Made by a program: the position numbers and the translations under genes. From positions 62,001 to 84,885 of the forward strand of contig KZ538307.1 in assembly GCA_000934665.2 (NCBI GenBank): DNA of 22,885 bases, in the 5' to 3' direction. This DNA is from Catajapyx aquilonaris. Taxonomy: Eukaryota. Position 1 is the first letter of the stretch, and every line of letters begins with the position of its first letter. This document shows, in pieces, positions 1-10,396 of this stretch. The notes under the pieces were generated by a model. That model saw nothing but the letters and a program-made list of their open reading frames with translations. It made no database searches and was not told the DNA's origin.

Positions 1-480
1 AACTGTGCATTATAAGGTTCATGACTCATAATTTATGGGCATGTTATTTTGCCTCAAGAATCACCCAATTGTGCAAAATAAGATTAATGCTTGACTGGCA
101 AGGCGACTGAAATTTCCGTGACAGCTGACCGACTTTAGCCTGGGTTTTAAAATAGAAGCGCGGAGTATTTTTATGGGACAGGGCATTTTGCAGGAAGGGG
201 AAAAAATATGTAAGTCCTCCCTCCTTCCTGTGAAACTAGTTCACGCTTTAATGGGGAATCGAGCCACTTTCAGGGCTAATGTCTTCTCGGGGAGCAGGCC
301 CTTGTGTTTGCACCTCCCACCCGGTCTCCCCTTTTGCGAACTGTTGCCAATCAGATAGTGTCACGATATAGTGAAAGAGGAAGGAGAGGCCGGGAACCTC
401 TAAGACCCTGGTCCATGACTCACGAGGTTTCCGATAAGACTGTTGGGGTTGGTACTTAGTGGAGTGAGAAGAAATTCAAC

Positions 481-547
481 CTCCATTTCTCTAGTTTTTT
501 TTTTCTATTCTTTCTTTCTTTTTAAATCCCCCCCTCCACCCTTCTCT
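481..547 (+). promoter_or_regulatory. Polypyrimidine tract (T10 and C7 runs)
   Basis: About 65 nt of C/T-rich sequence. Promoter-like by composition, but no convincing gene follows. Confidence 0.2.
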
Positions 548-3500
548 GAGGTTGATTCTAAATGCTCACTGTGTAGCCTGGTTGGCAGGGAGTAGTTTGC
601 ATTTCGAGCCAATAAAACTAGTGGGCTCGAAAACTGTTAGGGGCCTTTTGGCTCTGGCCCAGCAGGAGGAGAAATTGGAAACTTCCGTGGATAGAAAGCG
701 AAGTGGTGGAAATTCGAATGAGGAAGCGGCTCCGTTTTAATTGCTATTTGCTAGTCTTAGAGTGCGAATAGGATAGTGCCGTGCGGCGGCGCGAAAACAA
801 ATTCATCGGAGCATAAAAATGGCGGGGTGTAATTTCTGCATAATTGGTTGGCAAATAAACGCCCACTGATGGGGAGTAAAAATGGCCCTGAGACTGAAAT
901 AGGCTTGTCTTCTTTTTTGCTATATGTTCCATGTAATGAAAATAACGGATTTGACCCGGAATTACTGAATGTTTGGGATCAGTAGTCCTTGATACAATAA
1001 TTGCCCATTTTGGGAAGAAAAGGCTGAATTGCAAATAAGGTTATCTGGCTGCCAGCGCCCCAAAAGCATTACTAAATCAAGGTTGCATGCTCTAAATTAG
1101 CAATTAATACCTCGCTGCAAGTTGGGGTTCGAGCCCTTGGGAACTTTGGTGGTGTTTGTGGACTACTATGCGTATTTTGCCATAGCTTTTACATAAATAT
1201 TTTCAGGCAGGCCTATTGTGTGAGACTGTTGGTGGAGAAGCAGTTTGACCATTCTAGTCACTCTGGTGGTTAATCCATCTTCATCCAGTATTTCTGAATT
1301 TTTCCCTACCCGCCAGTCTGTGAGCTAAAGCATCCTTGATAGACAATGCAACAATCTGGGCATATTAAAGGCGAGGACACATCCGAGAAGTGTCAGACAG
1401 CCTTGGAGGATGTCCATGGGCTAGGATTAAATAGTAACTCAACTTTCTAATCTACTAAAGGTAAACAGGAACGATTTGCAAAGCGCGAAGAGCTTGCTGC
1501 TCATAGTTCATTCAAGAGTGCTTCCAAATGCTCTAAGTTTAGCCGGCGCCCATTGCACAGGTATAAACCCCAAGGCGGATGAATCGGACAAGAAGGAGAG
1601 TTACGGACATGTCCTGGAGGCTTCTAATTTATTTTGGTACCACTTCCGGTACAACTGGATGCCCTCCAAGCAGAGTCCGGATTTAATGGCGATATATGTC
1701 GAGGCCGTTTTGAGCATTTAGTGAGGGTAACGGTCTCTCTCTATTTCGCCATATTTTTTGAAGCAGGTGAATGCACTCGTGTTTACAAACTTTTACTGTT
1801 GATGTGTAAAAAAGAGGACAAAGGCTTAAGCGCCAGGCATAGCAACCGGGGCCACGTTTGCAAAACGTTGCTCACTGACTGTCACCAGCGGGAACATTGC
1901 GGGGGTATTGTATTTCCTCGTTATGATGCTGGTGATTGGATCCGAGTGGTATTTGGGGCCGAGGGAGAATTGGCAAAGGGCTGACGACCTTCACCATCTG
2001 TATTCTGCTCGTTTTCAATCAAATGCAGAGTCCCACCCCCCACACCCACGTGATGAAATAGTGCATGCAATGCCGGATTATTAACTGGTCGCATGCCCGA
2101 GTCTCATTGCGCTGGGGATATGGCTGGGTTATTCCGGATGTTTGTTTTTGGGAGGTATGTGCATTATGGTCGGTTCTGCATTCACAAGGCAACCTTGTGA
2201 TGGGGGAGGATCATCAGGAATGTGCGGAGCAACGTTGGAAATCCTGTGGGATTGGTTCAGGAGTATGTTGGCGAATCTCATTTCTGAGGCTAACCTTTAT
2301 CATATTAGGTTATCGGAGTCTAGTAATTGATATACTCATTGAGATACAGCGCTTTGCATGCGTTTTTAAAAAAATCACTGGAGTGTTGCACAAGTCGCGT
2401 TAAAAACGGAAACCGCAACATAACTGATTTGCATACCGTAAGCGCAGGTGGTTGGGCATAGACAATGGGAAGACAGATACCAACAACTGTAATTGTATAG
2501 CAGCGCATTTGCAGCCCAAGGAATCGAGGTCGTGTGAGTTGGCAACGCAGAGCATGCACCGTGTTATAGGCTTTTCAACCAGTCGTCGTCTTTATTACAC
2601 CCACCAACTGGTGTGTTTGTACAAATAATTAAATTTTCTCCTGGAATCATGCCACCTTGATGGGACGAACGACCGGGAACTTGGCTCCGTCAAGTCGTAT
2701 AAAAATTATCGTCAAGGTTGACAGATGCTGAATGCGACATCCAACCGTGCGGATGCGGGTTTGATTAGCGTAGGCGCATCATCTATGAATTATTTATACC
2801 CGTCGCTATCGCGAAATGAGCGATAAGTGCGAGTGCAGTACAAAGGAGCCGACCGTTTGTAGCCATCGGTGTGAATCACCTATACCACGACTGGAAGATA
2901 GCGAGCCTTTTTATGCATTTATGGGTACTGTTTATGGAGGCACGGGTCACGACACATCTCGGACAGTGATGCTCATGCAGCTAGGGCTTGGTGCTGGTGT
3001 ACGGCACCCGGCGGTGGTGTTTCGACATCGCGTGTGATTGCGATAGGGCGTAGAAGTTGGCAAGCTAATTCCTCGTCCCAAAGGCGCTTGATGACATTGG
3101 CCATGGAGCTTTCAAGGCTGTTGCAAAGTGAGGTTGTCATGACGACTATCACCATCTGTATCGACATCGCCACTCCCCGTTTCCCAGAGGAGTCTTCGGC
3201 GGAATTTTGGAACGGAGTCAAGATATTTTTAATTATCAACTCGAATTTATCAGGGGGCGATACTTTTAGCCGTTCGGATTTAGAACCTACTGCTATACGT
3301 TTAGCTATTTTGAATTGCTTACGATTAGGGCCTGTCCTTTCCGCCTGCAGTGACAGGTCCGGATACCACACGTCACATCCCCATGTGATCTAAACGTTTC
3401 CATTACTTGGGCGCTACGAATCAGTGTCATATAGGTGTCCGGCCCACTTTTTCCTGTATGCAATGGTTTTGCCACGTCAACCAGATTGGCACGAGATATT

Positions 3501-4679
3501 TACGAGAACACTCCAAAAATTATGCATTCTACTCTCAAGTCTCAAGACGATATATGGGTTTATTTCTGAAGTTGATGGAGAACCCCTTGGCTTGACATTC
3601 AATGTTGTTGTGACTAGCACCAGTAGCACTGACTCGACTTTACAATGTACGTAACTGTTAATGGAATATACCGTGCGAGGTACACATCTGGTAAACATTC
3701 ACAGTAAAGTACCGTACCGTACATTTAAATTGGCGTTATTGAGTGGGACGAGGGTGCTGGCAATGTGTGCTTTTTTTTGTGACTGGGTGCGAATTACTTG
3801 AATGTACTGCGTAACAGTTCGTTATACACGGAAGCAACTAGAACGACCTTTTGTTCGACGGAAGGAACATAACGAAACGGGAAAAGCAAATGGGAAGTAT
3901 CTCGAGAGTCCTGAAGGTATGCATACGGTATATATACGTTGTCGGGATCACAAGAGAGCATCACCTGGCCCATCACCAGGGAATCTCAGTGGGAGTAATT
4001 TCCCAGAGTTGTACAATATCCTCTCCAAGAAGTTGACGTGGTGTAAGTGGGAGCGGTGTAATGAATCGGCAAGCAAAATGAAAGCTGCAGCTGGTGTTTC
4101 CGGGGAATCGATTCGCAAGGAAAAGCAGACCTGAAATTGACATGAGGGTCGGCGGAAAATCTTCACGTGCCACCATGCGACAAATATCAAGAGAACTGTC
4201 AGAAAGTCTTCTTCGCTGAGGGGTCTTCACATTTCCTGGGGGGAATGTCAATCGATCTGGGTAAAATGATCTTTCCTATCCCGAATATCCATGTCTGTTT
4301 GATGCCTGAATTTGAATGGTTTCGCCTCTACTTTTTTTTTTTTCTTCTTTTTTGTGTGGAGAGCTCGTGATTAGATGGGGGACAGACCACCCTGTAGGTA
4401 TAGGTATTCTTTTCCCCTCATGGCCATGCCGTTTCTGCATGGATAGACAGGGCAGGTCGACCACCCTGGCAATAGCTGGAATTGACTCGGGAGGTAGTTT
4501 CGCACAGTGGGGGGAAAAATGCTTAGTGTTGGGTGAAAGCGTCTTGTCTGGAGGAGTGTTTCCGTGACATTGGCCGTTTTGGTCGACGGCAGGGACAGCG
4601 GATGCGGAACGTGTCGCCAGGCGGCTCGAATTGTAGGGCCTTTTGTCGCAGGTTGTGACCATCTTTTGCTCCTTTGCAG

Positions 4680-4772
4680 GGCTTCCAATGGGAAGAGGGG
4701 GAAGAACAAAAACGACACCAGCCCCACCAGAGAAGTTGCTGAGAAGCCCAGCAAAGTCACAGCGTCTGCCAG
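4680..4772 (+). other. Isolated candidate exon, 93 nt
   Basis: Preceded by TGACCATCTTTTGCTCCTTTGCAG (branch-like motif, pyrimidine tract, acceptor) and followed by CAG|GTGAGA. Purine-rich and open in two frames (ASNGKRGKNKNDTSPTREVAEKPSKVTASA or MGRGGRTKTTPAPPEKLLRSPAKSQRLP). Partner exons could not be assigned cleanly. Confidence 0.35.
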
Positions 4773-6765
4773 GTGAGAATGTTTGACATCTATTGTACTC
4801 TTGAGTTTCAATTGTTTAATAATGGCAGCGGATAAGTGTAAATAAATCGTCACATCGAAAACAGACCTGAATATTAATTGCATCATGGTGGGATTATTTG
4901 AGTATCTCACGATAAGGGCATAAGCTTGCATGTTGACTGAAGCAAGCTAAGCCAATATTTAGAATGAGCTGAATTTGTATTTAGCTGCCGGTAAATGATA
5001 CAGTGCAGCCTGTTGAGGATCCGAATTTGAGGCGTGATTTAGCGCAGCAGATGCTCCCAGAAAATGTTGCGGAAATGTCTGGAGGACAAGTTGGAGAACG
5101 TGCGGGCGAAACGTTGCATAACAACGCCGAGTAAACGAAGCAACGAGGAAGTAGCTGTAATGGAGCAGCTGTGGTAGGATTTAACACCCTGCTCTTGGCA
5201 CTTTCATAAGGGAGCTTCTCGTATCTCGCACCTGAATTGTTCGGTGGGGTCTTCAGCTCGGATGAGACGACTTCAAGCGGTCTCCATTGCGTGATTGCAC
5301 CTCTTTAGGTCCGAAATTATTGGGCAGGCTTCATCGCAGTTTCAGGGGCCTTTCTGGCTATAAAGTAGTGTTATATGTATACTGAGGATTAATAATAAAA
5401 AAGTTCGGTCAGTTGCTTCACTGTTGTCGTATTAAAAACCTGATTATCAAAACTGCACACGGTACCAGCGTAAGTTATGCAATTATCGATGCATAATTAG
5501 ACCATGGATGTGTAATGGGTGAAACATACCGTAAGCGACTAACTGGCTCTCAGCGAATTGCGTTCCACTCTGAATAGTTTAATGACTTAATAGTGTTGCT
5601 TTCGGTGTGTGCAAGAATTTTCCATCGAAAGAATGTTCAAATTAAAGAACGTATATGTACCTGATGTACTTCTGCCTTCTGTTTTCGGTACAGATTAGGG
5701 CAATCAGATAATTCCTACTCCAAAACAGGAAGAATAACAGTATGCTCAAGTGGCCATGTGTGACAACGTGCATGAGCAGATAATAACGGCCATTTTGAGC
5801 CAGTTGAGCGAGGATGATGATCGTTGGTATAATGGGGGAGAATGATTTTGACCGGAAATTTTGTGACGATGAAAAAAAGGGAGGGGGGTGTATACATGTC
5901 ACTAAGCAGGCGTGAAGTGATCTTTGGTTTGGTTATGACCTGTGCACCTGCTAGTGGAACTCCCTTCCCCCCTCTCCTGACTGCACCATGTGGGAAAGGG
6001 GAACGAACCCTGTGAGAGACAACTTGGGAAGAGGGTCATATAATTCTTTTTATTAACTTACAAAGTACCATACGTTTGCTTGTGCCCATATGTATATGCA
6101 AATATTGGTACAAGGAAAGTGGATGGCATAACGAAGGTTTTACGTCTTTTAACATGCCTATAGTGGTCGTAACGCTTTTGCTATGTGAAAGGTTTATCAG
6201 GCAGCCTAGTGTATATCTGTTGTGTAGACCCAAATTATAGCCTCCCCCTTTACGTAAGGCAATGGGGTCTAAGAAACGTTAAAGAGATTGATCTGATTTT
6301 TTTTTTCCTCCGCCCTGCCAGGATGTATTAGAGACTGTTAGAGTCTTGAGGCTGACCATTAGATAGCCCCTTAATTGCCCTCGCTGAATAATAAATCACA
6401 GCCGAGTTCCACGTAAGTCTGGAGTTTGATAAGCATCGGTCGGAAGGGACGAATCTAGAGTGGCGTAAATAATGACGCTGGGGCACGAAGACACGGGGAT
6501 ACTAGGGTGAAATAGCAGTGGCAGGGTGGGATTGGCACGGGTGTGTTACTGTCACTCATCACAAAACTGTTTCCTAATGTGCAAAAGGTAAATCCTTGGC
6601 ATGTTGCACTGGGGGACCATATACAAGTGTTGAGCATGCCTGCCTTGTATAGTTAGTTGGCTTACTCATGGGGGTCAAGTTTGCTAATTCACATCCATCA
6701 GAGTTAATAATCCCTCTTTTTCATATGTACGTGATTCATTGGTTTTCCAAACTGCGGCCTATCCG

Positions 6766-7341
6766 ATGTCAGATACTGACAAGTGAGTGTCTCTAGGATA
6801 TAATTATACGTTTGTGTAACTTTTCCCAGGCAAATCCATCCTCTGGCTGGCGACAAGACGCAGTTTCTGGGCTACGAAGCTGACAGCCCGGCAGAGAAGG
6901 ACACTGCTGGTGACAAAATGGACACAAGCGGTCTGGGGTTGCCGACATTAGTGGCCCCTAACCCGCTGATGTATCCGCTGGCGCCCAACATATGTGTCGA
7001 AGGTGGTCGAATCGAGTTTATTAAGCCACTGGAGGAGGATAAATCACCTCTGGTGGATTCGAAGCCTGGTTTGGCGGATGATCTGACTCCTGATGACTCT
7101 GAGGCCATTAGCTTGCAGTCATGTGACACAGTGGACATTGCAGAACTTTTGGGTGCGGTTGTGGAAGGACAAGATGTCAAAACTGAGCAAGTTTTTGTTA
7201 TGAGTCCAGGGGAAGAAGAGAAGGAAGCGAAAGATGTCGTTGAGACCGAGAAGGGAGCTGCAAAGGTAATTTAATTCTTATGCATTTCAACTGGATAACA
7301 TTTTTGAATAATATTTATGATAGGAGATGTACAAACAGTAA
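6766..7341 (+). CDS. Hypothetical acidic, low-complexity protein, 156 aa; model join(6766..6782,6830..7265,7324..7341), MSDTDKQIHPLAGDK...EKGAAKEMYKQ*
   Basis: The listed ORF 6918..7274 stays open upstream to 6830, directly after TGTAAC-TTTTCCCAG (branch-like motif plus acceptor). The donor AA|GTGAGT at 6783 defines a 47-nt phase-2 intron that joins ATG TCA GAT ACT GAC AA in frame. The donor AAG|GTAATT at 7266 begins an AT-rich 58-nt intron ending in TAG at 7323, giving EMYKQ*. The protein is about 22% D/E. The central exon is the firmest part and the terminal exons are less certain. No family recognised. Confidence 0.65.
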
Positions 7342-8456
7342 CAAGAGGAATAATTAAATCAATACCGAATGAAAGAGAAAGTGTGCCATCAGTGTCTATG
7401 CACGCAATTCTGTCATGTCGAGGTGTTATTGTCAAAACTTGGCTTCACGAGGGAGTATTTATTCATCGACCTGGTAATCACGATTACTGTGTATTCTTTC
7501 CCTGTGGATTGACAAACATGAAATGATAATTCAAGGTAAGGGTGTCCATAATAAAGAAGGCGGTAGAGGGCGAATGTGATAGCCTATTACTTGTAGTAAA
7601 ACGATTTCACATGAATACAATGGTTTTCTGTCTCACTAATAGCCACAAATCACGGGAGGGCATTAGGCCTTTTGCATGAAGAAGTGACTCAATTTGGTCA
7701 CGTTATATCGAAATGGTTTATAGGTTGGTGGTGTTGATGTGCCTCTATAGTAGTATACAACTATTATTACAAAAATTGTTGCAAACCGCCAGACATGTAA
7801 CAGCGATATAAACGAAACACCACAATAGTGTCAAGCCTTTCACATTTGCACCAGCAGTTTTTTGTTGTTGCGCAGGATTTCAACCCTGTTTTATGGTTTG
7901 CTTTGAAAAAGCCGCTTGCCAGGCTGTCTTCTGGAAAGAAGGCATCCAATCCAGACACTTGAATTATTCAAGTTCACCGCATGATGCGAAAATGCGAATG
8001 TCGCAGACCTTTTGCCTTTTGTCGTAAAAGATGGACGCGACACATGCGCGGAGTAGAAAGTTGACGTGTCACTTTTTGCCTCAGTTACATCACGATGCGA
8101 TCTAGATCGTGCGACAAATTACATAATTTACGGCCTGAAATAGCGTCCGCTCCGGACTGGGCCGAGCCAAACATAACACAACTCATTCCGAGCTGGCACC
8201 TTCATTAGGGAAAGTGTCCCGGAGTAATGTGCCAGCCTTTGAAAAGTCGGCATCATTATTTTCGTACAAGTTCATTGCAAAGCCTGTCATTTTCCGTACC
8301 CCACTTATTTGGAGCCAGGACCGTGGGCCTATCCACCCAGTTCAATTCCCATACTTGTCCGGAGCAGGAAGGCCAAGATGGCGACGATAAACAGCGCGTG
8401 CGCATCCTCTTTATTTTTATTTTTTACATTTTTTTCAACTTGCATAATGACATCAA

Positions 8457-9143
8457 TTAAGAGGTAGCGTGGGCTCGAGACAGGTTGCAGTATGTCACGC
8501 GAATGGCAGGTTCAAAGACCAGAATAGCCAGCCAGGTGTGTGCGAGCGTGAGAAAGACGCACAGTGGTATAGAAGAAAGAGAAAAGAGTTGAGATGGACG
8601 TCATGGGGATGATGATGGCTCAGCAGCATCCTTGTCAGGAGCCCTTGGCATTCGGACCGGTTTTGGTGGTGCCAGACATCATCTTTTTGTGTCAGGCGTT
8701 TTGGAGCAGTTGGGTACTGTTGCAACTTCACTGGTGATTATGGTGTAACTTCCCGCGGTGTTACAGGTCACTTACATCCCTTTGTCAAAGCCACCGCACA
8801 CTGGCTGATATATTTGCACGGACTGACTATTGTTCATGCGTGCAGTTTCACTGACATTTTCACTGGCGGACTGAGATAACTAGGCAAACGAGGAGAAACT
8901 TGCAAAAACCGGCCCTGAAATGGTTGGGTTGACGGGAACTTTACTCGAAACCGATGAGTTTATGACCGTATAATGCAATGACAGCAACGAAAGTGAAAAA
9001 GAAATATACTGTGCGAAACAAGACTTTGCATGGCAACAGATTCTGAGCAGGAGACTGTGACGGAGGTAGGCTGTCCACCTGCCGTGGGGACAGGAGTTGC
9101 CATGTCTAAATGCAATATTCAGATATTGGCCATGTGTCACCAA
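8457..9143 (-). pseudogene. Possible decayed gene: one frame with a 45-nt intron and three premature stops
   Basis: ORF 8880..9143 continues in the same frame past its TAG (8880-8882). A GTAAGT...CATAAT...CAG intron at 8775..8731 removes a TAA. Two TGA codons (8679-8681 and 8601-8603) interrupt the protein-like stretch KTPDTKR*CLAPPKPVRMPRAPDKDAAEPSSSP*RPS. A chance origin is not excluded. Confidence 0.25.
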
Positions 9144-9990
9144 AAGAGAGATATGTATGTCCAGCCATCGCTACTAGGATCTTTTGTGCAGTAGGCTAGT
9201 GATGTTGAATACTGCAGCACACGACTATCTAGTCCATCGCTCGCCTCTCACATCGATCAGTTATGTGCTCAACAGAGTCTACCGTTGGCTTGGGAGGCTA
9301 AATCTATAGCTTTTGGTACTCATCGCCTATTTGTGAATCCGTTTTTGTACCCACTCTTTTTGCTTGCGCTACCTACCTAGCAACAGTAATTTTTTAAAGG
9401 GGGTGGGGACGATTGCTCTATAGTCTATACGTGCAGATACTAGGTGCCGTTATCTTTAGTAACAGCTGGTAACAGTAAGAAATGATGACAACAGCAAATA
9501 TTGATGTCATTATTGTTTGATTTGTCTGCCATAAAGTTGTGACATTGTTACGTTGCGCGTTGCTGTAGTATACAAAGGGATTGATGCATGCCCAGTAGCT
9601 GCGTCTCACATTTAACTACCGGGCTCCAGAAGGCGTGAACGTATGGGGAACGACCTTGCACATTATGAAAAACATACTATGTGTGAGTAATGCGGCCTTG
9701 GCAAGTTGGTTGCCTATCCGTCAGGATCTTCAAGTACGTTCTATTTTGAGACACGCCGCATACTGTACTGTACGAGGTCCACACCATCAGCTGACAATGG
9801 AGCAGATAAGTCGTGCTAATGCATTTTTTACTGGGCCGCATGTAATTTCGTGTAGAATGCTATCATTATCGTGTCAGATTGTCGTCACGTCGTTGCTGGT
9901 CACCCGTCTGTCTCCCCCTGCGATGTCGGAGACAAAGCATATCGATCAAGCAGTAGTGTCGCGGGGCAAGAGTAGCTGGCGTTCTTCCTG

Positions 9991-10017
9991 CAGCTTTCAC
10001 TGAACACAGCTTTCACT
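9991..10017 (+). repeat. 11-bp direct repeat CAGCTTTCACT x2 with a 5-nt spacer
   Basis: Copies at 9991-10001 and 10007-10017, separated by GAACA. Confidence 0.8.
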
Positions 10018-10382
10018 TGCCCTCCAGCCAAGAGATGGCACAGATGTAGTTCCCGCCCACCGCTGTTTTAGGTCGTCCTGCAAAGTCGGTACGAAAGTAC
10101 ACACAAGTGCGAGTATGGTACGGGCCAAATAAACTGGAAACATTGTGGCCACAATTTTGTCGCACGACTACGAATTTACAAATCAGCTTGCTGGCAGGTT
10201 ATAGGTGCGAGCCGGTTTTAGGGGCCCGGCTGATATGCTAATTAATGTAGATTTATCTACACAGATTGTTGTCCCGGCCACCTTTTTTGGACATCGGTGC
10301 TTGTCCGCCACTCTCCGGCACACACATGCAAAAAAAAAAAGAAAAAAAGGTACATGTACAATAGAGAGTGCGTTAGTTCCAA

Positions 10383-10396
10383 GCGCGCGCGCGCGC
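10383..10396. repeat. (GC)7 dinucleotide repeat
   Basis: GCGCGCGCGCGCGC read directly from the sequence; it is a perfect self-complementary alternating purine-pyrimidine run. Confidence 0.9.

Noticed and set aside
1085..1145. GGTTCGAGCCC at about 1126-1136, resembling a tRNA T-loop or Pol III B-box
   Set aside because: No A-box, acceptor stem or anticodon arm can be folded, so this is not a tRNA.
4371..4931. 186-aa minus-strand ORF
   Set aside because: It is antisense to the better-supported plus-strand exon 4680-4772 and its AT-rich flank, and has no recognisable domain.
6727..6788. Possible [D1,2] stwintron (GTACGT...CTGAC-AAG followed by TGAGT)
   Set aside because: This arrangement needs a G immediately before the internal donor to rebuild GTGAGT, but position 6726 is T.
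7317..7526. 69-aa ORF as the last exon of gene 1
   Set aside because: It needs a phase-1 junction at the 7323 acceptor, but the 7266 donor is phase 0, which gives EMYKQ* instead.
8098..8109. Perfect 12-bp palindrome CGATCTAGATCG
   Set aside because: Several 12-bp palindromes are expected by chance in 23 kb (about 22885/4^6).
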